Shown: positions 1 to 9,061 of the stretch, in pieces
How positions within the stretch are numbered: the stretch's first letter is position 1
How the letters are laid out: every line of letters begins with the position of its first letter
NCBI GenBank assembly: GCA_900320505.1
Contig: ONSL01000002.1
Span: 1 to 50,631 of the forward strand
Length of the DNA: 50,631 nt
Direction: 5' to 3'
Source of the DNA: an uncultured Eubacteriales bacterium
Lineage (GTDB): Bacteria > Bacillota_I > Bacilli_A > RF39 > UBA660
Notes under the pieces: generated by a model
What the model saw: the letters and a program-made list of their open reading frames with translations, nothing else
Databases searched by the model: none
What the model was told of the DNA's origin: nothing
Position numbers and translations under genes: made by a program

Positions 1-108
1 AATTTATAGATAATACATTACTATCATTTATATTATCTATAGTCTCTGCCAAAAGTTTTGAGTCTTCATTAATTGGAGCATCTGTGTCTAAAGCTACAAG
101 TACAAATT

Positions 109-375
109 TTATATTATGTTTTTATTTGAAAAATAATTAAACATTACATCTAAATTTTTTATGTTGCTATCAATTGACTCACTATTCTTTTTACTAATTA
201 AATCCTTTAACTGACTACCCTCACTAAAAAATATATAATCAAAATTATTATCATCATTAACTATTATGTCATCAAAGTATGCAAGTGAAAATGCACTATT
301 ATTAAAAGAAGTTAATTTCCTATCAAATTTATTATTTTCATTATTCCACTTAGCAATGTTCTTTATGTTACCCAT
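109..375 (-). CDS. hypothetical protein (88 aa); possibly the 5' part of a frameshifted longer gene that continues to the window edge
   Basis: ORF with SD-like AGAGGTAGAG 5 nt upstream of the ATG and an extended -10 (TGATATAAT) upstream. Downstream of its stop another frame stays open to position 1 (IKFVLVALDTDAPINEDSKLLAETIDN...) with no start codon of its own. Confidence 0.4.
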   Translation of the reverse strand: MGNIKNIAKWNNENNKFDRKLTSFNNSAFSLAYFDDIIVNDDNNFDYIFFSEGSQLKDLISKKNSESIDSNIKNLDVMFNYFSNKNII

Positions 376-395
376 ATATCTCTACCTCTAGAAAA

Positions 396-404
396 ATTAT
401 ATCA
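396..404 (-). promoter_or_regulatory. extended -10 promoter element TGATATAAT
   Basis: Minus strand reads TGATATAAT about 20 nt upstream of the SD of ORF 109-375. A TTGTGC -35-like hexamer lies 16 nt upstream. Confidence 0.35.
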
Positions 405-498
405 TAAAAAAAGCAAAGCACAATTGAAAGATATTTTCAGATTACTTCAAATTATAAAAGCTTTATTTTCAACGATTTTTATTTTTTTACTTCTTTTA

Positions 499-1389
499 TT
501 ACAATCTATGATTATTTTTCTTAAATTCATAAATTTTATATCCAGCCTCACCTAATTTATCTTCAGGTATTTCATCTAAATAATCTACTGGATTGATATT
601 TGGACCTTCTGTATATACTCTTCCAAATGATTTAAGTATATCAGCACCAAATCCTAACTTTTTTAGATAATTTAAATAATCAAAATATTCTGATATATCA
701 CAAATATAAAGTCTTCTTCTTGATATCATATTTAAAAGCATCATATTATAACAATATAGATCAGTGTTTTTATCTGGACGTGCTTGACCATATTCAGAAA
801 ACTTATATTTCTTTACATTTTTTATCGCTTTACTATATAAGTATAGTGCATCTTGTGGATAATTATTGCCAATATATGCACCATCTAAATCTACAAATTT
901 AATATTTTTATCTTTTGTAACCAAAACATTATCTTCATGTAAATCTCCAATTGATAAATTAATTACTTTTCTTCTTTCTAGAGATTCAACTTTTTTTAAT
1001 GTTTTACCAACTTGTCTCAAATATTCAATTTTTTCTTTATTATCTATTTTTGGATTTTCTATTACACTTTTTAATGATTTAGCATCCTTTATATAAGGCA
1101 CAGTAAATCCTATAACTTTATTTTTTACAACAACTAAATTATTTGGTATTACAAGCTCATTTATATTTATTTCATCCTTTTTATCAGATAAAAGACTTAC
1201 AGTTGCAAGTTTAGTTGACATAGAAACTCCATCTTGTGTATGAAGCTCTTTTAAAAGCATACTTCCATCTGCATATTTCCATGGACCTTTATCAAGTATA
1301 AATATATTTGACTCTGTACTTTGTGATGATCCAATATCAAGTCTTGTTAAATTATCAAATTGTTTCTTTGATAGTGTTATCGAATTCAT
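499..1389 (-). CDS. protein-kinase-like / APH-family phosphotransferase-fold protein (296 aa)
   Basis: Brenner-type catalytic loop GDLHEDNVLV (D-x4-N) followed by the metal-binding FVDLDG. ATG at 1389 is preceded by GGGGGAAAAATTT; the track's earlier TTG start is less likely. Confidence 0.6.
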   Translation of the reverse strand: MNSITLSKKQFDNLTRLDIGSSQSTESNIFILDKGPWKYADGSMLLKELHTQDGVSMSTKLATVSLLSDKKDEININELVIPNNLVVVKNKVIGFTVPYIKDAKSLKSVIENPKIDNKEKIEYLRQVGKTLKKVESLERRKVINLSIGDLHEDNVLVTKDKNIKFVDLDGAYIGNNYPQDALYLYSKAIKNVKKYKFSEYGQARPDKNTDLYCYNMMLLNMISRRRLYICDISEYFDYLNYLKKLGFGADILKSFGRVYTEGPNINPVDYLDEIPEDKLGEAGYKIYEFKKNNHRL

Positions 1390-1447
1390 AAATTTTTCCC
1401 CCAAATACTCTTTTTTTTAACACGCATCTTCATCTAAGTTAGTGCAT

Positions 1448-1456
1448 ATTATATCA
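1448..1456 (-). promoter_or_regulatory. extended -10 promoter element TGATATAAT
   Basis: Minus strand reads gTGATATAATatg about 55 nt upstream of the kinase-like gene start. Confidence 0.35.
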
Positions 1457-1527
1457 CATTTTAAGCAAAAAATCAATAATAATATCATAAGCGAACATTT
1501 ATTGTATAACAAAAAATAGGTGTAAGT

Positions 1528-1892
1528 ATGAATAGAAAAAAAATATTAAAAAAACTTGACGAATCAAAATTAGATAAAGAAGAAATAATAATTTTATCAG
1601 GTGCATCACTTGTACTTCAAAATGTTTTAGAAAATGCACATGATATTGATCTTTCTTGCAATAAAAAATATTATGATTCTTTAAACTGAAAAGAAGAAAA
1701 AAATAAACTTGGAAACTACATAAAGACAAATGATGTATTTGGAATAGGAACAAATTTATTTGATAAAAAAATACCAATATTGTAAATGGTTATTACGTTT
1801 CAAACCTTGAAAGTTGTTTAAAATTTAAAAAACACATGAATAGAGAAAAAGATAAAGCAGCAATAGAAAAACTAGAAAAGATTTTATACTAA
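1528..1892 (+). pseudogene. small nucleotidyltransferase-fold-like gene, disrupted (in-frame TGA plus frameshift in an A7 run)
   Basis: AGGTG SD then ATG at 1528. Translation is MNRKKILKKLDESKLDKEEIIILSGASLVLQNVLENAHDIDLSCNKKYYDSLN, then TGA at 1687-1689, then KEEKNKLGNYIKTNDVFGIGTNLFDKK. The frame then shifts within AAAAAAA (1765-1771) to NTNIVNGYYVSNLESCLKFKKHMNREKDKAAIEKLEKILY, ending at 1892. The G[SA]-x(n)-DxD pattern is NTase-like. Confidence 0.55.
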
Positions 1893-1917
1893 AAAGTCAT
1901 CTTTATAGATGGCTTTT
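1892..1917. terminator. bidirectional intrinsic terminator between convergent genes
   Basis: AAAAGTCATCT-ttat-AGATGGCTTTT: an 11 bp stem (one G-U pair) flanked by A-run and T-run. Confidence 0.6.
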
Positions 1918-2890
1918 ATTTAAAACATTTAGTATATTTTTTAGCATATTCTTTAACAATCTTACTTCCATTATATGGACTAACATAATATTTTTTCAAA
2001 ACATCTTCTAAAGTATGTTTACTTTTAAAAATATCATTTATAGAACCCATAATTTCAACTTTAACACTATCACTACTATTATAATATATATTAAACAAAT
2101 CAGTAGAAAGAAGAGCAGATAAAATATATCCATATTCTATAATAGTTCCATAACTTGTTTTATTTATATATTCATCATGTATAACATTTAAAATAGAACC
2201 TTTTGTGCATAACAATCTATATAAATTTTCAATATCAAATATATTTAAAGAGTCTGCACTAACCTTTTCAGCAAATATAGGTAAAACTTCCTTATCAAGA
2301 ATATTTTCAATAGAACCCTTTCTTGTATTTACAAGAGCATGATACATCTCATGAACATATGCATCAAACATTAATTTATTACACCTGCCTTCTAATCCTA
2401 TTTCATAATAAATAGGAAGCAAATTTGTATAAAATTCTGGTGGATAATCGCTAGAAAACCAATCATATTTGGCACATCCATTAGCATTTCTATCAGATAT
2501 ATCAAATTTTACAGGTAAATTATAAACATTAACTACTTTATAATGCTTATTTAAAAAATTAACCATATCATCATAATCATCAGATGTTGGATTAATAAAA
2601 AATTTATTTAATTTAGAATCTAATTCTTCATTATTATTAAAAGGTATCTTTATAGAAGATGTACCAATATTTTTAAGAATAAAACTTCTTCCATACTTTA
2701 ATACATCATTAGTGGTATAAAGTTCTAGTCTATTAAAAACATCTGGTTCAGAATTTGGAAAAGTATCAAACAAAGTATTTCTTAAATCTTTATAATCAGA
2801 ACTATTAAAATAAGAACTACTATATCTTTTAGTTCCAAATAATTGAAAATCGAACATAATACTCTTTTGAGTTTTATCATCTATATTCAT
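1916..2890 (-). CDS. hypothetical cytoplasmic protein with HExxH zinc-metallopeptidase motif (324 aa)
   Basis: Intact ORF with GAGGGGG SD. Contains AYVHEMYHALVNTRKG...LPIFAEK (HExxH plus downstream Glu). No signal peptide. Family not recognised. Confidence 0.55.
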   Translation of the reverse strand: MNIDDKTQKSIMFDFQLFGTKRYSSSYFNSSDYKDLRNTLFDTFPNSEPDVFNRLELYTTNDVLKYGRSFILKNIGTSSIKIPFNNNEELDSKLNKFFINPTSDDYDDMVNFLNKHYKVVNVYNLPVKFDISDRNANGCAKYDWFSSDYPPEFYTNLLPIYYEIGLEGRCNKLMFDAYVHEMYHALVNTRKGSIENILDKEVLPIFAEKVSADSLNIFDIENLYRLLCTKGSILNVIHDEYINKTSYGTIIEYGYILSALLSTDLFNIYYNSSDSVKVEIMGSINDIFKSKHTLEDVLKKYYVSPYNGSKIVKEYAKKYTKCFK

Positions 2891-3016
2891 AAAATTTACC
2901 CCCTCAAAAAAATATACAAAAACAATTACACTACTTCTTTAAAGCTCTAAAATCTCATAATCAGCAAGTAATTTGATTGAATATTTACCATATTTAAATC
3001 ATCAAGACTCTTCATA

Positions 3017-3871
3017 TTAAAATAATTTGCCTTTCTTTTTAACTTTTATATCAGAAATATAGTAATAATCTCCTCTAGAAATTCTATCAAGTTCTCTTTT
3101 CCTTTCATGAATTAAATTTTCTTGTGAACTTAAAGGCATATCACTTATTCTTATATTAATCTTACTTAAAATCTTTTTAGGCTCTAAAATATTAACAGTC
3201 TGTGATATTCTAAGTGAATCTGATAAAAATCCATAAGTATTATCAAAAGTATCTGAATAAATCATGAGCTTACCATCAAAATTTTCTAAACTATTATGGT
3301 TATATGCAGGATTTGTACTTGCAGAAACATTTTGTAAATCGATATTTGCATCAAAGGATGAATTAACAGAATTTAATCTCAAAGAACTAAAATCATCATT
3401 AACTCTCCCTAGATCCAAATACTTGTAGACATTATTTCTTTCAAGCAATGAAAAAATCTCATTGCTAATTACAGATAACACTTTACTGTCTTCCGCTAAC
3501 TTTCTATTATCTCTAACATAATCATCGTATCTGCTATCTTTTTGTGTATCAATAATAAAATCTCCATCATCCTTTGATTCTTTTAATAAAACATCATTTT
3601 CTTTTTCATCTATCTTATATTTTATATAAATATATATATTATCATCAACTACAAAAAATTTGTTTATCTTTATATCAACTTTTTTTGAAAGTTCTTCAGT
3701 TAATACATTACTTGAAGCTTCATTAAATGCTTTTATCTTACTAGCATAATGCCTATTTAAATAATTAGTAACACCAACAAGTGAAATTATATCATTACTT
3801 TTCTCATATTTACTATCTCTTAATCTAAATAATTCATCAAAAATCTCTTTATTAGTTAATAAATTTGACAT
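3017..3871 (-). CDS. hypothetical protein (284 aa)
   Basis: Intact ORF with AGGGGGA SD upstream of the ATG. No recognisable motif. Confidence 0.55.
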   Translation of the reverse strand: MSNLLTNKEIFDELFRLRDSKYEKSNDIISLVGVTNYLNRHYASKIKAFNEASSNVLTEELSKKVDIKINKFFVVDDNIYIYIKYKIDEKENDVLLKESKDDGDFIIDTQKDSRYDDYVRDNRKLAEDSKVLSVISNEIFSLLERNNVYKYLDLGRVNDDFSSLRLNSVNSSFDANIDLQNVSASTNPAYNHNSLENFDGKLMIYSDTFDNTYGFLSDSLRISQTVNILEPKKILSKINIRISDMPLSSQENLIHERKRELDRISRGDYYYISDIKVKKKGKLF

Positions 3872-3925
3872 AAAAAATCCCCCTAAAAATAATATGACAT
3901 ATATAATAACACAATTTAATATATT

Positions 3926-5125
3926 TTAGAATACTTGAAAAATGAAAAACTTTAAATATTTAGTTTCAGGTACACAAATAAGTTCTGGATGATCTGGTGC
4001 AGGACCTGTCGCACTAACAAGTTTTAATTTTACATCAGCCTCTATACTAGCCTTTCTAATAGAATCCATAAAATCCTTTTCAGTTGCAAAATGAGAACAT
4101 GATGCAGTTGCAAGAAAGCCACCTCTAGGCAAAGCTTTCATAGCAAGATAATTTAATCTTTGATAACCTTTTAATGCAGAAGCAACTGTATTTCTAGATT
4201 TAGTAAAAGCAGGTGGATCGAGAATAATAAAATCATAAGTATTTTTCTTAACCCCCTCTAAATAATCAAAAGCATCTGATAAAATAGTATCAATATTCAT
4301 ATTATTAAGCTTAAAATTTTCTTTAGCATCATTAAGTGCTTTAGAAGAAACATCTAGTGCAGAAATAGAGGTTGCACCTCCCAAATATGCATTCATCGCA
4401 AACGATCCTGTATGAGTGCAACAATCAAGTACCCTTTTATCTTTAGATAATCTTCTAACCCTTAATCTGTTATATTTCTGATCAAGAAAGAAACCAGTCT
4501 TTTGACCATTTTCAAAATCAACAACATACTTAATTTCATTTTCAACAATTATTCTTTTAGTTTCATTATTAGGACTTTCTAAATACCAACCTTTGCAAGA
4601 ATTAAGACCTTCCTTCTCTCTTATAGGACTTTCCGATCTTTCATAAATTCCAGTTATATTAAATCCTTTCTCTTTAAAAACTTCTATTAATGCTTTATAA
4701 ATATCATCTTTTCTTTTTTCAATACCAAGTGATAAAACTTCAACAACTAAAACATCATCAAACTTATCAACAGTAAGACCAGGCATCTCATCAGATTCAC
4801 CATATATAACTCTGAAACTATTAAGATTATCTTTATCAATTACATCTAGCCTATAATTAATGGCATAAGAAACTCTCCTCTTAAAGAATTCATAATCAAA
4901 TTTATCATTAGTATTACGTGAAATAATTCTAACCCTTATTTTAGAATTACTATTGTAAAAACCACTTGCAAGATATTTATTCTTCTCACTTAAAACATCA
5001 ACAATCTCTCCATCCACAATATCACTAGAAAAATCCTTTATATTACCTTCAAATACCCAAGGATGATTACCTCTTATCCTTTCTTCTCCTTTTTTTGAAA
5101 CAATTACTTTTTTATAATTTCTCAT
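3926..5125 (-). CDS. rlmI: class I SAM-dependent 23S rRNA (cytosine-C5) methyltransferase, RlmI/YwbD-like (PUA + MTase)
   Basis: N-terminal GNHPWVF (PUA-like). SAM-binding VLDCCTHTGSFA, then DPPAF and ASCSHF motifs typical of the RlmI family. 399 aa. Confidence 0.8.
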   Translation of the reverse strand: MRNYKKVIVSKKGEERIRGNHPWVFEGNIKDFSSDIVDGEIVDVLSEKNKYLASGFYNSNSKIRVRIISRNTNDKFDYEFFKRRVSYAINYRLDVIDKDNLNSFRVIYGESDEMPGLTVDKFDDVLVVEVLSLGIEKRKDDIYKALIEVFKEKGFNITGIYERSESPIREKEGLNSCKGWYLESPNNETKRIIVENEIKYVVDFENGQKTGFFLDQKYNRLRVRRLSKDKRVLDCCTHTGSFAMNAYLGGATSISALDVSSKALNDAKENFKLNNMNIDTILSDAFDYLEGVKKNTYDFIILDPPAFTKSRNTVASALKGYQRLNYLAMKALPRGGFLATASCSHFATEKDFMDSIRKASIEADVKLKLVSATGPAPDHPELICVPETKYLKFFIFQVF

Positions 5126-5204
5126 ATTATCCCTCTTTACTAAATTATACCTTAATATGTTTGTAAATAAAAGTAAGATATTATATAATTAACTTGTGAT
5201 TAAT

Positions 5205-5522
5205 ATGGATAAAAAAAATTTTAAAATGATAGATGAAGATTTTATATGTGAAAACTGTGGAAAAGAAGTAAAACACCTTTCATATACAGCAAGAGACCAC
5301 TGCCCTTACTGTTTACATTCAAAACATGTTGACATAAATCCAGGAGATAGAAGTGAATCGTGTCATGGAGACCTAATGCCAATTGGAATAGAAAAATATA
5401 AAGATACATATAAAATAATTTATAAATGTAAAAAATGTGGAAAACTAAGAAAAAATATAATCGCTCGTGATGACAATATGGAATTAATAATTAAACTATC
5501 AACAAATCCTGTGAATTATTAA
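5205..5522 (+). CDS. RNHCP domain-containing protein
   Basis: CENCGKEV...ARDHCPYCLHSKHVD...GDR..C.G.M.P...CKKCGK, the pattern of the RNHCP zinc-ribbon family. The start is uncertain (GTG 5196 or ATG 5205) and there is no clear SD. Confidence 0.65.
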   Translation: MDKKNFKMIDEDFICENCGKEVKHLSYTARDHCPYCLHSKHVDINPGDRSESCHGDLMPIGIEKYKDTYKIIYKCKKCGKLRKNIIARDDNMELIIKLSTNPVNY

Positions 5523-5561
5523 GAAATTGTGATATACTAATACATGTCTGGAGGAGAGATT

Positions 5562-5684
5562 ATGAGAGTTATTAAAAAAGAATTACCTGAAGGTGTTAAG
5601 AAAAAATTCATAACAAGAATCGGTAAAAAAGTTAAAGTAGTTAATACACTTTATCTAAAAGATAAAAAGAAAAAAACAAAGTAA
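5562..5684 (+). CDS. small lysine-rich protein (40 aa), unannotated by the ORF track
   Basis: Strong SD GGAGGAGAG 5 nt upstream of the ATG. Translation MRVIKKELPEGVKKKFITRIGKKVKVVNTLYLKDKKKKTK, immediately followed by an intrinsic terminator. Confidence 0.5.
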   Translation: MRVIKKELPEGVKKKFITRIGKKVKVVNTLYLKDKKKKTK

Positions 5685-5707
5685 AGTCTCATGACTTTAT
5701 TTTTTTG
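5683..5707 (+). terminator. intrinsic terminator
   Basis: AAAGTC-tcat-GACTTT followed by ATTTTTTTG. Confidence 0.55.
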
Positions 5708-5760
5708 TTTATAAATGCTATAATGTATAAGAATTTTTATGCAAAGAAAGGAGGAATAAA

Positions 5761-6924
5761 ATGGAAAAATTAAAATTTAGAATTAAAGACAATGGAACAA
5801 TAAGATCTTATCTTGAAATAGAAAACGATAATGAAGTGATAGTTGAAAAAATAGAAGATGAAAAGAAAAAACTAGAAAAACTTTTTGACTATGCAATTGA
5901 TTATGTAACAAAAAGAAATATGGATTATGAAAGAAGACTTCGCAAAATTGGAAATATAAAAACACTTGAAGTTGAATTTGAAGATGGAAGAACAATAGTA
6001 AAAAAATTCTATGATAAACAAGATAAAGAAAAAAATATATTAGATGAAAACTTAAAATTAAAAAGAAAAATAGTAGGAACTGCAATAACATCTTTTGCAG
6101 GAATACTTGGTCTTACATTTGCAATAAAGATAGGAACCCCTAAGAAAGAAAACATAAGTGAAAACGAAGCTGCAACAAGTACAGTTCCATATAAGGATAA
6201 AGATATATTAGAAGATATGTATAAAATAACAATATCAGATGAACTTTTAAAAGCACATGTTGCAGAAAAAGATAAAGAAGAAGTAAAAATAGAGGAAGTA
6301 GAAAGCTATGAAAAACTACCATTTACATATGAAGATAGGTCAGAATATAATCAAGTAAAAAAAGCAAGTAGATATGACAAATACTTTGAAGAAGTAGGAA
6401 AAACATATGGAATAGATAAAAATTTACTAAAAGCAATAATGTGCCAAGAAAGTGGTGGAGTACACATTAATGGAACAGTAAATGGCCATGCCTACGGCGG
6501 AATGCAAATAGAAAACATAATATTTGGACACACAATACATGCATATAACTTTGATAAAGAAAAAGAAGAAGACTTAACAATATCAAAATCTCAAATAACA
6601 GATGTAGGTTATAACATAAAAGTCGCAGCAATGCTTTTACAATATCATTTAAAACATTATAACTATGATATAGAAAAAGCACTTCAAGCATACAACTTTG
6701 GAGAAGGCAACATGAGAAAATTGGGAAGTAACTGGAAAGCAAATAGAAAAACACTTGGAGTTGGAGATCCAGAATACATTGAACATGTACTTTCATTTTT
6801 ACCAAATAAAACTATATTAACATTTAAAGAAGAAACTGGAAAAGAAAAGAAAGTAATAACAAGCAATTCAAAAGTAAAAGATAAAACAAATAAAAATATA
6901 AATAACATATCAAAAAAGAGTTAA
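5761..6924 (+). CDS. membrane-anchored lytic transglycosylase (SLT domain)
   Basis: AAAGGAGGA SD. One TM segment (IVGTAITSFAGILGLTFAI). The C-terminal SLT domain has the catalytic MCQESGG and AYNFGEGN motifs. Confidence 0.75.
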   Translation: MEKLKFRIKDNGTIRSYLEIENDNEVIVEKIEDEKKKLEKLFDYAIDYVTKRNMDYERRLRKIGNIKTLEVEFEDGRTIVKKFYDKQDKEKNILDENLKLKRKIVGTAITSFAGILGLTFAIKIGTPKKENISENEAATSTVPYKDKDILEDMYKITISDELLKAHVAEKDKEEVKIEEVESYEKLPFTYEDRSEYNQVKKASRYDKYFEEVGKTYGIDKNLLKAIMCQESGGVHINGTVNGHAYGGMQIENIIFGHTIHAYNFDKEKEEDLTISKSQITDVGYNIKVAAMLLQYHLKHYNYDIEKALQAYNFGEGNMRKLGSNWKANRKTLGVGDPEYIEHVLSFLPNKTILTFKEETGKEKKVITSNSKVKDKTNKNINNISKKS

Positions 6925-7661
6925 AAGCTCTTTTTTTCTGGTTCAACAACAGTAAAATCATCATCTTTAAAATTATATATAGATCTAGCTCTAACAGTTC
7001 TATAAGCTTCTGTTGTAAATGCCTCACCATACTTAAACTTATTAAATGAAAGCCTATTTCCAACTTTAAATTTATCATAATCACTAGTAAAATAAGCATA
7101 ATACTTTTTATCATAATAATCAGGAGAAGTGTTAGGAATACTTAAATCGCATAAATAAACTCTTCTGCCACCAACACAATTTGCAAACTCAACAACTTCA
7201 GCAACAATTACTTCATTTAAATTGGATGGAGTAATTGCAACAACAATAAGCATTAAGAAAAGTGCAACACAAAGTGAAACAATAAGTATTATTAAATATT
7301 TATCACGTGCTTTCTCATCATAAACATCACTAGGATTTTTCTTATTATACTTTATTGTAATAACCTCATCTGGATTGCCACGAGTAAGTTCATTAGAAGT
7401 ATAATAATACTGTTTCTTATTAACAGTATAAGTATAATTACCATAGTAATATGACACACCATTAACATAAGTCTTACTAGAATCAACTAAATCAGCTGCT
7501 TTAGTCTTATAAGTCCTATATTTATAGCTCTCTTGATAAATTAAATAACCCATAAAACCTGCTATAGCAATTGCAATAATAATAATAAAAATTAAAAAAT
7601 GCTTAAAAGAATCTTTAAAAGTCTTAACCTTTTTCTTCTTTATTTTCTTTTCTTTAGCCAT
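6921..7661 (-). CDS. membrane protein, DUF3592-like topology (TM - beta domain - TM - C-terminal domain)
   Basis: AGGAGAGG SD. Two hydrophobic segments flank a Y/T/N-rich region. The family call is tentative. Confidence 0.5.
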   Translation of the reverse strand: MAKEKKIKKKKVKTFKDSFKHFLIFIIIIAIAIAGFMGYLIYQESYKYRTYKTKAADLVDSSKTYVNGVSYYYGNYTYTVNKKQYYYTSNELTRGNPDEVITIKYNKKNPSDVYDEKARDKYLIILIVSLCVALFLMLIVVAITPSNLNEVIVAEVVEFANCVGGRRVYLCDLSIPNTSPDYYDKKYYAYFTSDYDKFKVGNRLSFNKFKYGEAFTTEAYRTVRARSIYNFKDDDFTVVEPEKKSF

Positions 7662-7704
7662 ATTGCCTCTCCTATTCTATAAATATATTATATAACATAT
7701 TTTG

Positions 7705-7742
7705 AAAAAAAAATATAAAAAAATCCGTATAATATACGGATT
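7705..7742 (-). terminator. intrinsic terminator after the amidase gene
   Basis: Minus strand: AATCCGTAT-att-ATACGGATT followed by a T-run. Confidence 0.65.
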
Positions 7743-8971
7743 TAATAAATAATTAAATTATCTCCAATACTTATTGCATTAGACTCTAAATTATTAAGTT
7801 TTTTTAGTTCTGATACAGAAAGGCCATTAGATGCAGCAACTGAAAATATAGACTCTCCAGAAACAACTTTATGATACTTATGCTCTTTAATAGAAATATA
7901 ACTATCAAATCCCCTACTATCACTATTTAAATCTTTAACTTTCAATTTTTGACCAGAAACAATAGTATAATCAGATAAATTATTTAATTTCATCAAACTA
8001 TTAACATTAGTATTATACTTACTAGCAATAGAATATAAAGTATCGCCTTTCTTAACAACATAAACACTTTCTTTAGGGAGTTTTAGTTTTTGACCAGCTA
8101 TTATATTATTACTACTTAAATTATTAATTTTAATAAGCTCATTTACAGTTAAACCATTATTACTTGCAATACTCCAAAGAGTATCACCCTTTTTAACAAT
8201 ATAACTATCAGAATCATTAACATTGTTATCATCATATGGAATAATTAATTTTTCACCTATATATAAATCATCAGTAGATAAATTATTTAACTTAACAATC
8301 TCATTTACAGTAGTATTAAATTTTTTAGCAATAGAATACAAAGTATCATTTTTTGAAACAACATAAATGTTTGAATTATTAGTATTATTTTTATTATCTT
8401 TAGGAACATAATTATATCCAGCATACTCCGTAATAGCTTTAACCGCTCCTTCAACATAATCCTCTAAATTATTTTTTAACTTTAAACTATCATTTTTATT
8501 ATCAATAAAACCATATTCAATTAAAATAGCTTCAGTATTAGGAGTAAGTCTCATAATATAGTAATAATCTTTACTAGGATTTTCTGGTAATCTTCTCTGA
8601 TATACCTTTCTCTTAATTTGACCTTTATTACCTATTTCATCTAATATACTACTAGCTAAAGTATCATTATTTCTTAAAGAATATATAACTTCTGCTCCTT
8701 CAGCACCTCCTGCATTAATATGATTAGATGCAATAATTACATTTCTACCATTACCAAAAGGCTTAAGCATATTATTAATTCTTTCTCTCCTAGTTAAAGA
8801 TTCATCATCAGTTCTAGTAATAGCAACAGGTACACCAAGTTCTTTTAATCTATTATACATATAAAGAGCAGCTCTCAAAGTTAAATCTTTTTCCCTTAAA
8901 CCATTACCACTTGCACCAGAATCAATTCCACCATGTCCGGCATCTACGATCACCATCTTCTTATCATTCAT
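7742..8971 (-). CDS. N-acetylmuramoyl-L-alanine amidase (Amidase_3) with four C-terminal LysM domains
   Basis: VIVDAGHGGIDSGA...SNHINAG...IEYGFIDN catalytic-domain motifs, followed by 4 LysM repeats. Confidence 0.85.
   Translation of the reverse strand: MNDKKMVIVDAGHGGIDSGASGNGLREKDLTLRAALYMYNRLKELGVPVAITRTDDESLTRRERINNMLKPFGNGRNVIIASNHINAGGAEGAEVIYSLRNNDTLASSILDEIGNKGQIKRKVYQRRLPENPSKDYYYIMRLTPNTEAILIEYGFIDNKNDSLKLKNNLEDYVEGAVKAITEYAGYNYVPKDNKNNTNNSNIYVVSKNDTLYSIAKKFNTTVNEIVKLNNLSTDDLYIGEKLIIPYDDNNVNDSDSYIVKKGDTLWSIASNNGLTVNELIKINNLSSNNIIAGQKLKLPKESVYVVKKGDTLYSIASKYNTNVNSLMKLNNLSDYTIVSGQKLKVKDLNSDSRGFDSYISIKEHKYHKVVSGESIFSVAASNGLSVSELKKLNNLESNAISIGDNLIIY
7745..8368 (-). repeat. 4 tandem LysM-domain coding repeats
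   Basis: Repeats of Y.V..GDTL.SIA......V..L..LN.L.....I..GQKL..P at aa 202-409 of the amidase. Confidence 0.8.
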
Positions 8972-9029
8972 ATTTCTACACCTCTATATTAAAATATGAA
9001 TAAATATTATTTTGGTTACTCATATTTAA

Positions 9030-9058
9030 AATAAAAAAGCAAGATTAAACTTGCTTTC
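9030..9058 (-). terminator. intrinsic terminator
   Basis: Minus strand: AAAGCAAG-tttaat-CTTGCTTT followed by TTTATTTT. Confidence 0.6.
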
Positions 9059-9061
9059 TCA

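Noticed and set aside
1687-1689. The in-frame TGA at a plausible Trp position raised the possibility of genetic code 4 (TGA = Trp), as in Mollicutes relatives.
   Set aside because: Every long housekeeping ORF in the window (leuS, rnr, GH31, fhs, cls, the fem genes) is uninterrupted under the standard code, and several genes end in TGA overlapping the next start (ATGA). The same gene also carries a frameshift, so decay is the simpler explanation.
1499-1777. Numerous 60-110 aa ORFs lie antisense to or embedded in larger genes, for example 720-902, 866-1096, 1499-1777, 5783-6091, 6140-6322, 10845-11327, 20283-20643, 33326-33559, 48525-48816.
   Set aside because: All lie inside longer, motif-supported genes on the other strand or frame, lack SDs, and have the low-complexity F/L/I/S composition expected by chance in roughly 27% GC DNA.
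2891-3016. A 22-codon ORF (MKSLDDLNMVNIQSNYLLIMRF) lies in the gap between the 284 aa and HExxH genes.
   Set aside because: It has no SD and no distinguishing features. It is most likely a chance ORF in an intergenic promoter region.
6921-6924. Convergent genes overlap at their stop codons with no terminator between them: 6921-6924 (TTAA), 27399-27410 and 38407-38426.
   Set aside because: This is common in compact AT-rich genomes, where TAA/TTA palindromy makes such overlaps frequent. No additional structure was seen.
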